Shown: positions 41,085 through 50,686 of the stretch, one piece after another
Position numbering within the stretch: position 1 is the stretch's first letter
How the letters are laid out: every line of letters begins with the position of its first letter
NCBI GenBank assembly: GCA_965246715.1
Contig: CBDFFH010000022.1
Location: 64,001 to 128,000, forward strand
Source of the DNA: Chamaesiphon sp.
Lineage (GTDB): Bacteria; Cyanobacteriota; Cyanobacteriia; Cyanobacteriales; Chamaesiphonaceae
DNA: 64,000 nt
Reading direction: 5' to 3'
Notes under the pieces: generated by a model
Database searches by the model: none
Told to the model about the DNA's origin: nothing
The model's input: the letters and a program-made list of their open reading frames with translations, nothing else
Made by a program: the position numbers and the translations under genes

Positions 41085-43013
41085 GTGTCTTCTAGAGCTG
41101 TAAACAAAAAGAAACCCAACCCCAAACTCAAGCCAAACGATCGCCCGCCAAAGAAAGGTAATTTTTTTGGCGGCATCGGCCAAATTGCTGGCGGCACGAT
41201 GCTGGGTGTCACGATGTTGGTTAGTTCGATCGTGGCTGGGGGATTGGTGGGGCTAGCGATTAGCTTCCGCAACTTGCCTGACGTGCGCGTCCTCCGCAGT
41301 TACGCACCGACGGAAACAACTTATATTTATGATGTCAACGGTGTCGAACTTGCCAGCCTCCACGATGAAGCCAATCGCGAAGTTGTCCCGCTCAATCGGA
41401 TTTCACCATATTTAAAACGTTCGTTACTAGCGATCGAAGATAGCCATTTTTACTACCATCAAGGTGTCAACCTGACTGGCGTAGGGCGGGCGGTGGCCGC
41501 GAATTTTAAGAAGGGTGGCGTGAGCGAAGGTGGTTCGACGATCACGATGCAGTTGATCAAGAACTTATTCCTCTCCCAAAAACGCCAATTCAGTCGGAAA
41601 TTAGCTGAAGCCGTCCTCTCTATTCGGCTCGAGCAGATTTTCCGCAAAGACGAAATCCTCGAAATGTACCTCAATCAAGTCTATTGGGGTCACAATAACT
41701 ATGGGGTCGAAACTGCCTCTCAGAGCTATTTTGGCAAACATGCATCCGAACTCAACCTTGCTGAGGGCGCAATGATGGCTGGAGCGATTGCTGCACCCGA
41801 GCGATACAGTCCCTTTGTCAATATGAAAGCAGCAAAGAAACGTCAAGGTGAGGTGCTGACGAGATTACGCGAGCTGAACTGGATTACGATCGAAGAGGAG
41901 AAAAAAGCCAGAGATTATAAAATCAAGCTCGGTAAAATTAAAACTTGGCAGACGAGCAAATTACCGTTTGTGACCGATGCTGCGATCGAAGAACTCAATC
42001 AACGTTTCGGCAGGGAAACCGTCCGTAAAGGCGGGATGCGAATTCAGACCACGATCGACTATAACTTCCAAATCGCCGCTGAAAAGAATATTCAAAATGC
42101 ATACGAGCGGTTGGGACGCAATAAATATCAGATTGCGCTAGTTGCGATCGATCCGCGCACGCATTTTGTCAAAGCGATGGTGGGTGGGGTCGATTACAAA
42201 AAAAGTAGCTTCAACCGCGCCATTTACGCCAACCGTCAACCCGGTTCGTCGTTCAAACCGTTTGTTTATTACACCGCCTTTGCCACGGGTAAATTTACCC
42301 CCGAATCTACAGTCTACGACTCACCCGTCCGGTATCGCGATGGTAATGGCTACTATGCACCGCGCAACTATGGCGGCGGTTATTCTGGCCCGATGAGCAT
42401 TCGGAATGCCCTGATGGTCTCAGCGAACGTCCCCGCCGTGAAAATGGGGAAAGAAGTCGGACTAGATAAAGTCATCCAAACCTGTCGGATGCTGGGAATT
42501 AAAAGTCCGATCGAACCCGTCGTATCGCTACCATTAGGGGCGGTGGGGATTACCCCGATCGAAATGGCAAGTGCCTTTGCCACCTTTGCCAGCAACGGTT
42601 GGCAATCAGAAACTACTACGATCTTGCGTGTCACCGATAGCGATGGCAATATCCTCTTAGATAATACGCCCAAGCCAGAACAAGTACTCAACCCCTGGGC
42701 TACCGCTCAAATCAATAGCGCACTCCAATCAGTCGTCAACGGTGGTACTGGTAAAGAGGCCGCACTCGGTCGTCCGGTCGCCGGAAAAACCGGAACCACC
42801 TCTTCCGAACGCGATGTCTGGTTTGTGGGCTACGTGCCCCAGCTAGCTGCCGCTGTGTGGATCGGCAAAGATGACTTTACGCCGCTCGGTCAAGGTGTAA
42901 CGGGTGGTACCTTTGCCGCACCAATCTGGCGCAACTTCATGCGCGAAGCACTCGTAAACGAACCCGTAGAGGCATTCCAGTCTCCAGCCAAGTTCAAACG
43001 ACCAGGAACTTAG
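41085..43013 (+). CDS. Class A penicillin-binding protein (PBP1A family)
   Basis: EDSHFYYH, GGSTITMQL, RKLAE, SSFK, SAN, KTG. Confidence 0.95.
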   Translation: MSSRAVNKKKPNPKLKPNDRPPKKGNFFGGIGQIAGGTMLGVTMLVSSIVAGGLVGLAISFRNLPDVRVLRSYAPTETTYIYDVNGVELASLHDEANREVVPLNRISPYLKRSLLAIEDSHFYYHQGVNLTGVGRAVAANFKKGGVSEGGSTITMQLIKNLFLSQKRQFSRKLAEAVLSIRLEQIFRKDEILEMYLNQVYWGHNNYGVETASQSYFGKHASELNLAEGAMMAGAIAAPERYSPFVNMKAAKKRQGEVLTRLRELNWITIEEEKKARDYKIKLGKIKTWQTSKLPFVTDAAIEELNQRFGRETVRKGGMRIQTTIDYNFQIAAEKNIQNAYERLGRNKYQIALVAIDPRTHFVKAMVGGVDYKKSSFNRAIYANRQPGSSFKPFVYYTAFATGKFTPESTVYDSPVRYRDGNGYYAPRNYGGGYSGPMSIRNALMVSANVPAVKMGKEVGLDKVIQTCRMLGIKSPIEPVVSLPLGAVGITPIEMASAFATFASNGWQSETTTILRVTDSDGNILLDNTPKPEQVLNPWATAQINSALQSVVNGGTGKEAALGRPVAGKTGTTSSERDVWFVGYVPQLAAAVWIGKDDFTPLGQGVTGGTFAAPIWRNFMREALVNEPVEAFQSPAKFKRPGT

Positions 43014-43386
43014 CGGGATAAGAGGAGTTATGAATTACCCGATCGTCAGTTAGGCTCAGCTTATAACTCAAACGATGGTAATATGCTGAAATCGATGCGG
43101 CGGGAAGTTCTCACCCTATTTCATCTCTTGAATGAACCTGCTCGAATAGTAAAAATAGTTGTCAGGGATTTTCCAGTCAAATAAGGAATCCACTCACATC
43201 AGAGGTTTCAGCATTTCAGCTCCTATAGGGACTTGCTTGTCAAATAAATTTTGATGAATTTTTGGCGTTAGGGTAGATTTGCCAAACCCACACGTTCGTA
43301 TCAACGAGAAAGATATCTGATTGCTGTGGGCGATCGAAAACAATATCAATTACCTCCGCTTCAACATTGAGATCGATCGTCATAGT

Positions 43387-43653
43387 CTAGAAGCTGGCGG
43401 CATATTGTTCCATAACGGAATCGACTGTACTCAGTCCGATCCCTCTGCTAATGGTTTTGATTGCGGTACTGTTTCCAGTTTGAAACGCCCATTCTAGGGC
43501 TTGGGCTGAATCTAACGATCGATTTTGAGGTAGAGATCGAACGTTATTGGCGATGCCCTGCCCAAAATCAACAATGGTTAGGTGTAGCTCTTTCTTTGTG
43601 GGGTAGTTTTGCCCGCAACTGAACACACCAAGCGAGGAGTTGCTATGTTCAAA
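43387..43653 (-). pseudogene. Fragment of a GHKL/HATPase-like protein
   Basis: FEHS...GVFSCGQ...IVDFGQGI...RGIGL; 5' part absent at the IS remnant boundary. Confidence 0.55.
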
Positions 43654-43857
43654 CCTACATTCCGCTAGTTGAATAGGTCGTCAAAGAATTAAAATAGAAG
43701 CTCAACCCAAGCCAGAGTGGAAAGAGGTCATCATCAATTCAGTAATTAGCGTAGAAAATCTAGACCATCTGGGCATCGTGGCGGGATTGGTAGATGAAAT
43801 CGGCATAGTCGAGATCCTCAACAAAAGACTAGGCATAGATCCCAGAGAGAATGTCTC
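43654..43857 (+). mobile_element. IS1634-family transposase 5' remnant (DUF4277-like)
   Basis: Translates as VENLDHLGIVAGLVDEIGIVEILNKRLGIDPRENVS; left boundary approximate. Confidence 0.7.
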
Positions 43858-44155
43858 GCTCAATTAATAAATCGACTACCTCATTTGAGTCTTGTTTATA
43901 AGCATACACAGCCATATTCAGTAAAGTATAGCCATCGTCATTCCTAGCATTAAGATCGAAACCCCGATCGAGATATTCTTTGATAATTTTAGGATCTCGA
44001 CTGCGAGCCATTGTGGCAAATGGTTCTTTAGAAGCAATACCTAGTTGTGATAAGAAAAAATACTTATAGCTATCGAAAATACCGATAGCGATCGCCCCAA
44101 CGATTAACAATTTAATCGAACTGGATAATTTTTGAATTGGATTGAGCATATTCAA
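43829..44155 (-). pseudogene. Truncated ankyrin-repeat protein
   Basis: LDRGFDLNARNDDGYTLLNMAV...VVDLLIER, then runs into the IS1634 remnant. Confidence 0.65.
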
Positions 44156-44219
44156 GATTTACGAGTTAACTTTAGTAGGGTGACGCGATGTGCAACTAAG
44201 GGATGGAAAGAAAAGTAGT

Positions 44220-44320
44220 GGAACGACACGACTAAAACTGTGGGCATTCAGAACTCTGAAAAATACAATTGGTAATATTTTGAGCGATCGCTTTACCCAC
44301 GTTTTTAGTCGTGTCGTCCC
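44220..44320. mobile_element. MITE-like element (family C)
   Basis: Inverted ends ggaacgacacgactaaaa / ttttagtcgtgtcgtccc. Confidence 0.6.
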
Positions 44321-45107
44321 AGTATGGTGGGCAATGCCCACCAATTTAAATCGTTACGGAGCAACGACTTTGGCTTTTTCTATCACTCGATTTAAGCCAC
44401 TCGATCGCAGTTAATTCGATCGCTTTGACTCGATCGATTATATTTAGGAGTTCGATCGCTTAGGTATTTTCTAATTGCGATCGAAGAGATTGTAATTGGT
44501 CGATCGATCTCAAGCAGATATTTACAATTCTCGCTCATTAGTACGATTGTTGTTTATCGATAGCTATCACCCCCAAATCCACACCACCCACTATTCTTGC
44601 TTCTATACTTCGTTGAATATCTGAATATTTCTCTCTTTTTTTAATAGTCTCCTTCTCAATCTGAGGCAATCTAATCTCCTGAAATGTATTCCACTTTGGA
44701 TCGGCAATATTTATCTCCACTCCCGTAGGGATGGCCAAATTAATTTCAATCCCATAACGGTACCAAACACTCAAACCCGCTCTGTCAATGCTGGAACTCG
44801 GCTAGCATAATAACTCGCCCAGATATTAATTGCCTGACCACCAACTAAAATCAAGTCTAATTCTTCCCGATCGATTGCTTGGAATAGTGAGATAAGATTT
44901 TCTGGAGTAAAAATTCTATCCATATCTAATCTTCTAGTCGATTGTCAAGCAAGCTCAGAGAGTTGAATTCAAACCCACTACTAAAATCTGGCTTTAATAA
45001 AGCTGGGTCGATTACTCGATCTAACATTCCTTGAGCTGTTTGAGAAAGAAAAACTAAGGCAGAAAATCATGAGAGCAGTCGGCCCAGTAGGGTGGACACT
45101 AGCTTGT

Positions 45108-46316
45108 TTAATATGCAGATGACCGCCGATCGATCTTACGATAGAGCGAGATTATTTCCGCGCCCAATCGATCGCGTTGAAATTTATTTTTTACCGTAAT
45201 TCGTCCGGCTTTACCAAGCGCAATTCGGAGATCGGGTGATGCGATTAACTCTCGGATTGCAGTGGCTAAAGCTACCGGATTGCCAGGAGGAACGCCGATC
45301 GCCTCTAGTCCTTCGGTAAATAATTCCGCCGCTCCACCAGCTTTGGCAACGATGACAGCTTTTTCACAAGCCATCGCTTCGACGATCGTGCGTCCAAAGG
45401 GTTCGGGTTTAGTACTGGCATGAACAACGATATCTAACATATTATAACTAGAGACGATATCGCGCTGAAAATCGATAAACTCTAACCAATCTTCGACATC
45501 GAGATCGCGCGCTAATTGTTGTAATGATGTCCGCGAATGTTGGGATCGATCCGTTTCATAAATCGCTCCACCGATAATATAAAATTTGACAGTCGATTTC
45601 AGTTCGGGACATTGCTTCGCAATCTGGCCGATCGCCTGAATAAAAATATCGTGTCCTTTCCAGAGTGAATAGGTGGCAATTAAGCCAATTTTTACAGCGC
45701 TAGAACCTGATGTTGTGGTTTGTGGCTGATATTTATCGATATCGATCGCATTATAGATCGTCTCGATCGTTAGCTGGGGAAAAACTGCTTGCCAATCGCG
45801 GGCGATTGCTTCAGAAATTGCGACGGCAACAGTAACTTTGCCGACAAATAATTTTAGTAATTTGTCGCTCAGCGCTCGCGAACCGATGAAGTCTCGCAGA
45901 TGCCAGATAATCGGCATATTAGTACCCAAACTAGCTACTAATAAGTGAGTCTTCAGACCGTTGGAATGAATGATATCTGGGGCGATTGCGGTAACAGTCC
46001 GCCGTAAATTTTGCCAGTATCGACCAAATTCAGCTACTCCCGATAGCTTGCTGGCAATGGCGAACAGACTGACTATCTTGTTAACACGACCTTTTAAGTC
46101 ACTATCACCCAATTGGGCGATTTTCTTTGGTAATTCTAATAAGATAACCTTCACCCCGATCGCGATTAATTCAGTGACGAGTGGGCCATCAGCAGCAGTA
46201 ATTAAGACGATTATCTCGATCGCTGGATCTCGATCGCGGACGGCACAAATAACATCGATTAGACTGCGTTCGGCACCACCGAGCTGACTGGAAGGATTGA
46301 CGTAAAGTATTTTCAT
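45108..46316 (-). CDS. Glycosyltransferase family 4
   Basis: MKILYV...GGAERSL (ATG 46316), WKGH, PEPFGRTIVEAMA. Confidence 0.9.
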   Translation of the reverse strand: MKILYVNPSSQLGGAERSLIDVICAVRDRDPAIEIIVLITAADGPLVTELIAIGVKVILLELPKKIAQLGDSDLKGRVNKIVSLFAIASKLSGVAEFGRYWQNLRRTVTAIAPDIIHSNGLKTHLLVASLGTNMPIIWHLRDFIGSRALSDKLLKLFVGKVTVAVAISEAIARDWQAVFPQLTIETIYNAIDIDKYQPQTTTSGSSAVKIGLIATYSLWKGHDIFIQAIGQIAKQCPELKSTVKFYIIGGAIYETDRSQHSRTSLQQLARDLDVEDWLEFIDFQRDIVSSYNMLDIVVHASTKPEPFGRTIVEAMACEKAVIVAKAGGAAELFTEGLEAIGVPPGNPVALATAIRELIASPDLRIALGKAGRITVKNKFQRDRLGAEIISLYRKIDRRSSAY

Positions 46317-46345
46317 TACCACAAGGCGATCGCGAGATTGCAAGA

Positions 46346-48310
46346 TTAGGTGGACATCAAACTTAATTTCAGCTCGCGCGATCGCGCATCCGGTAATTCC
46401 AGGCGATGACGTTGACAATAATCAGCAAAAATTACCAATCCCAAAATTTGTAATGGTGAAATGCGACGATCTCCTTGTTGAAATTTGTGCCAAAGCGATC
46501 GCACGGCATTCGGCTCGAATCCGAGTGCGAGCCACAGCGTCCTATCGGTTAAGACTCGATCGATCCGAGGGGCGAGATCGCCGCGCAACCATACCGCCCA
46601 GGGAAATTGAAATCCGCGTTTGGGTTGGCGGGCGATGTGGTGGATTAGATCCGTGCCCACGGCATCTACTAATAAAGGTTTCAGTCGAGCGCGATCGAGT
46701 TTGAGTGCGGCCGCCAAGGGTAATACGGTAGCAATCAATCGATCGTCGAGCAAGGGTACCCGCAGTTCCAATCCGGATTTCATGCTAAAGACATCAGCAT
46801 CGCGCAGCAGCATATATCGCATGTAGAAACTCAATTCGAGCTGGGAGATTTGATTGAAAGTCTCCTGACCATTAGTTGCCGCGAGTAATCGATCGGACAA
46901 TGAGTGCGGAATACCATGTGCGGCATGGAAATCGGGTGGGAGTGCGTGGAGTTGGCGACGTTCCTGGATCGTGAATAATTGACGGCGCAAGTAGTAGAGA
47001 TCGGGTACCCGATCGGGCAATCGCCACGCTGCGGCTAGTTTGGGAATGCCCCGACTGGGGACGATCTCCTTTAGCGCGGCAAACATCCCGGCGGCAATCG
47101 GCGCTAATGGTGCCAAAGATCGGCGCAACTGCAGCAAGCGCGGCAGATCGCGGAAACTAGCATAGCCACCGAATAACTCGTCGCCACCCAACCCACTCAG
47201 AGCCACTTTAATCCCCAATTTATGCGTCGCGCGGGCGACAACAAAGGTGTTGAAACCATCGACAGTCGGACTATCCATTGCCGCGAGAATCTCATCAAAA
47301 TCTCGGACGATCTCCGCACCTGAAAGCGAGATCTTCAGATGTTCGGTACCCAGCGATCGCGCGGTGGCAGCGGCTTGCTCGGTTTCATCAAAAGCGGGTA
47401 CGTCAAACCCGATCGAAATAGTTTTAATTTTATCTTGGGCGATTTCAGTAGCTAGAGTGGCAATCGCGGTGGAGTCAATCCCCCCCGATAAAAATACCCC
47501 GATCGGTACGTCAGCCAAGAGGTGACGAGCGACGGATTCGCGCAACACTTGAGCCACTTCTGCCACGACTCGATCGCGAGTGGGCGCAGAGAGACTGGGC
47601 GCGGTACCTTGGCGCTCCAACTGAAAATATTGACGTTGCGATCTTTCGCGACCAGTCCAGTCGAGTTTTAGCAGCGATCCAGGCGATAATTGCGTGATGC
47701 CATGAATGATATTGAGATCGCCACAAACTGCACCCTGTGCTAAAAATGTCTCTACCGCCCCGCGATCGAGATCGGGTAGGACGAGATCGGCTCCCGCTGC
47801 CAAGATCGTCCGAATTTCTGAGGCGAAAATCAGTCCGCCACTCGCCGGACGGTATAAATATAACGGTTTGATGCCCAAGCGATCGCGACAGAGCCAAATT
47901 TCTTGGTTAGCGGTATCTGCCAAACACCAGGCAAACATTCCCTGCAACCGCTCGACACAATCCGCTCCCCACACTCTAAAGCCATTGAGGATCGTTTCCG
48001 TATCGGATTGGGTGCGACAAGCCCACGGCGTATCGATGAGATCTGCTTGTAAATCTCGGTAGTTGTAGATTTCACCATTAAATACGACCCAATTGGGGTC
48101 GAGATCGTCGCGATCGCGCATTGGCTGGTTGCCTGCTGGTGACAGGTCGATAATCGCCAAGCGCGCGTGTAGCAGTGTCACAGAGCCATTTTCTAACACG
48201 ATCTTGCCACTAGCGTCTGGCCCCCGGTGGGACATTGCCGCCAGCATCTTGTCGGCTACTCTAACTTGGATGTCGCGATCGATTCCAATTAATCCAGCAA
48301 TTCCACACAT
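46346..48310 (-). CDS. asnB: Asparagine synthase-type glutamine amidotransferase
   Basis: MCGI, HRGPD, RLAIIDL, NGEIYN, LSGGIDS, LSGLGGDELFGGY. Confidence 0.95.
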   Translation of the reverse strand: MCGIAGLIGIDRDIQVRVADKMLAAMSHRGPDASGKIVLENGSVTLLHARLAIIDLSPAGNQPMRDRDDLDPNWVVFNGEIYNYRDLQADLIDTPWACRTQSDTETILNGFRVWGADCVERLQGMFAWCLADTANQEIWLCRDRLGIKPLYLYRPASGGLIFASEIRTILAAGADLVLPDLDRGAVETFLAQGAVCGDLNIIHGITQLSPGSLLKLDWTGRERSQRQYFQLERQGTAPSLSAPTRDRVVAEVAQVLRESVARHLLADVPIGVFLSGGIDSTAIATLATEIAQDKIKTISIGFDVPAFDETEQAAATARSLGTEHLKISLSGAEIVRDFDEILAAMDSPTVDGFNTFVVARATHKLGIKVALSGLGGDELFGGYASFRDLPRLLQLRRSLAPLAPIAAGMFAALKEIVPSRGIPKLAAAWRLPDRVPDLYYLRRQLFTIQERRQLHALPPDFHAAHGIPHSLSDRLLAATNGQETFNQISQLELSFYMRYMLLRDADVFSMKSGLELRVPLLDDRLIATVLPLAAALKLDRARLKPLLVDAVGTDLIHHIARQPKRGFQFPWAVWLRGDLAPRIDRVLTDRTLWLALGFEPNAVRSLWHKFQQGDRRISPLQILGLVIFADYCQRHRLELPDARSRELKLSLMST

Positions 48311-49447
48311 TTAAAATTTTCCTGCTGCGAGTTGGGCATAGGCGGCCATAATGGTTCTAGCGTAATTTTCCCAGGTGTAACGCGCCGCTACGGCCAGTCG
48401 GCGATCGATGGCTGGGGCGCGATCGGGAGTAGTTATCGCGGCGAGCGTGCGCTCGATCCAAGTCTCGATATCGCCCACCGGACAATAAACAACGGCATCG
48501 TCGCCCACTTCGCGCATCACGGGAATATCACTGGCTAAGACGATCGCCCCACAAGCCAAGGCTTCGATGATGGGCATCCCAAAGCCCTCGGCATCGCTAG
48601 TCATTAGCACGATTGCAGCCTGCTGGTGCAGTTGGGCGATCGTTGAGTTCTGGAGATCGGTCAGATGCACGATCGATTCTGCTAGTGCCAATTTATCGAT
48701 CTGTTGCTGCTGTGCGTCCGTCCATTTCCCCCCAACTTTGACTAACTGCAATTGAGGCAATTCGGCGCGGAGTGCGGCAAATGTAGCTAGCAACACATCG
48801 ATCCGCTTGCGGGGAATGCAGCTACCCACATGTAAGATAAATGGTTTGCCCTGCAACCGGTGCTGTAGTGCTAAGATCTTCGGCTCGGCAGGTAACGCCT
48901 GGGACTGATATTCTGGCGATACTCCCGGCGGCGCAACGACCAGCAGCGCCGGATCGACAAGCTGATAATGTGCGAGCTGACGACCGATTTCTTGAGTTGG
49001 ATGGAACACGATCGCTGCTTTTTGTAGCCCTGTCAAAATATGCTGCGACATGTGGCGAAATGCCCACGAGCGCGGTTCGCGCTCGGGTGCGAGGATCGAT
49101 CGAAAGGCATCCGCATCATGACAATAAACTCCCGTTCTATCCGCTGGCAAACCATTGATGAGATGGGCGTATGAGTGATCGGCAACATGGAACAGATCGT
49201 AATCTGGCGAGTGCGATCTTAAATACTGGGGATAATCGACAAAGCGATTGAGAAAACGATCGCCATTAAAATACTGGGGAATATATTTCTGTAAGTGTTT
49301 CAATCGCCACTGAAACGGCGGACGGATCTGCATGGTTTGGATGTCGAGATCGGCGATCTTCAAGGCGCGATCGTGCAACATCTGGGCGCAGATATCCATG
49401 CTCATCCAGCCCTCTTCTAAATAGTCGCAAACAATGCCGAGTTTCAT
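48311..49447 (-). CDS. Glycosyltransferase family 4
   Basis: PRKR, EGFGMPIIEALACG. Confidence 0.9.
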   Translation of the reverse strand: MKLGIVCDYLEEGWMSMDICAQMLHDRALKIADLDIQTMQIRPPFQWRLKHLQKYIPQYFNGDRFLNRFVDYPQYLRSHSPDYDLFHVADHSYAHLINGLPADRTGVYCHDADAFRSILAPEREPRSWAFRHMSQHILTGLQKAAIVFHPTQEIGRQLAHYQLVDPALLVVAPPGVSPEYQSQALPAEPKILALQHRLQGKPFILHVGSCIPRKRIDVLLATFAALRAELPQLQLVKVGGKWTDAQQQQIDKLALAESIVHLTDLQNSTIAQLHQQAAIVLMTSDAEGFGMPIIEALACGAIVLASDIPVMREVGDDAVVYCPVGDIETWIERTLAAITTPDRAPAIDRRLAVAARYTWENYARTIMAAYAQLAAGKF

Positions 49448-49449
49448 GA

Positions 49450-49615
49450 CTGGAGTTAGGCCAAGCGCATCTACATGCTGAGAGTTCTATATGATTAGAG
49501 TTCCCAGAATGTATTACCAAATCTCGCTCTGACGTAAAATCGGTTGCTTGGGTCGGGTTGCTGGAGTTAGAGCAAGCGCATCTACCTGCTGAGAGTTCTA
49601 TTCGATCGGAGTTCC
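49450..49615. repeat. Imperfect direct repeat of about 55 bp, period 111 bp
   Basis: ctggagttag..caagcgcatctac.tgctgagagttctat at 49450 and 49561. Confidence 0.75.
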
Positions 49616-49719
49616 CCCTCAAACTCTTTCGGAGCGACTTCTCTATCCTTACTCGTTTGACCTTAAACGATCGCCTGTCATCATCTATACAAGATCTATA
49701 CAACCCAAGTTGCTACCTA

Positions 49720-49979
49720 ACGTGAGTTCGGGTTAAAGATGTCCACTTAATGACTCCTAGCTTCGTTTCTGAACCGCCCTCAAATGAATTTGCGGATGGA
49801 ATCGCGCTGAGGTTCCCTCAGCGTGCGTTCCACCAAGCGGGGCTAATAGCAAAAGTTCGTTTCAACGAACTAATCAATTGGGCAGTTCTCTTGAGAGAAC
49901 TTTTGCTATTAGCCCGAACTTATAGTTCAGGGCGGTGCTTGAACGGAGCAGATCGATTTTCCTTATCCCGAACTCACGT
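49720..49979. mobile_element. MITE family B, complete copy
   Basis: TIRs ACGTGAGTTCGGG/CCCGAACTCACGT; TSD TACCTA (49714-19 and 49980-85). Confidence 0.88.
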
Positions 49980-50107
49980 TACCTACACTCACAGCGGCAA
50001 CAACCGAACTTTGCAGAATTAGCCACGATTTCAATCGTTGGCATTCTGGTAGGTAGCAACTGGGGTTATGTAGCGAAGATTATTCTTCGACTTCTTTTGA
50101 GACATCT

Positions 50108-50380
50108 TCATCTATTCTTTCTGCTACTCGTAGATGGGTCGATCTCACTTTCAAGATAGATTTCATCATTAGCGCTGGATTTGCCTTCTACTAAGGATAA
50201 TAATTCTGCTGTTTTGAGTAAATTGCGTAGCAATCCTATTTTCAGGTCTTGGTTCCGATGAATAGAAACGGAAATCCTAGAGGGGTTTCCCGCTTTGCCG
50301 TAAATGTGATGACTACCTTGAATCCGACATAAATCCCAGCCGTTAGCTTCTAATAGCTTAGCTAAGTCTTTACCTGACAT
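50108..50380 (-). CDS. hicA: HicA-family toxin
   Basis: LEANGW...RIQGSHHIY...IH...DLKIGLLRNLLK. Confidence 0.85.
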   Translation of the reverse strand: MSGKDLAKLLEANGWDLCRIQGSHHIYGKAGNPSRISVSIHRNQDLKIGLLRNLLKTAELLSLVEGKSSANDEIYLESEIDPSTSSRKNR

Positions 50381-50385
50381 CGATT

Positions 50386-50614
50386 TTATATCGCCAGTTC
50401 TAAGACTTGAGATTTATCATCAACTGCTAGTTGGCTAGGATCGATCGATAAACAACCTTCGTTGGCAAAGCCTCTCCCAAAGGAGAATCGCTTCATGTAG
50501 ATTGGATATCAATTCATCCCAGCTATCACCTTCAGTTGCACAGCCTGGGATCGCGGGTACTTCTGCCCAATACCCACCTTCGATCGCTTCATGGACGATT
50601 ACGGTTAGTTTCAT
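50386..50614 (-). pseudogene. hicB: HicB-family antitoxin frameshifted by a 25-bp insertion
   Basis: MKLTVIVHEAIEGGYWAEVPAIPGCATEGDSWDELISNLHEAI; removing 50462-50486 restores EGCLSIDPSQLAVDDKSQVLELAI* (67 aa). Confidence 0.85.
50462..50486. mobile_element. 25-bp small dispersed repeat inserted in a HIP1-like site
   Basis: ttggcaaagcctctcccaaaggaga splits TCG^ATCGC; related copy at about 39201-39225. Confidence 0.75.
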
Positions 50615-50686
50615 CGATCTCTTAACACAAACTTTATCTTAACACTAGACATACTGTGGGTATATAACTGCGAATCATTCGCCTGA

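Noticed and set aside
49266..50159. ORFs 49266-49703, 49750-50022 and 49935-50159
   Set aside because: They run through direct repeats and MITE B; the repeated Cys peptide simply reflects the DNA repeat.
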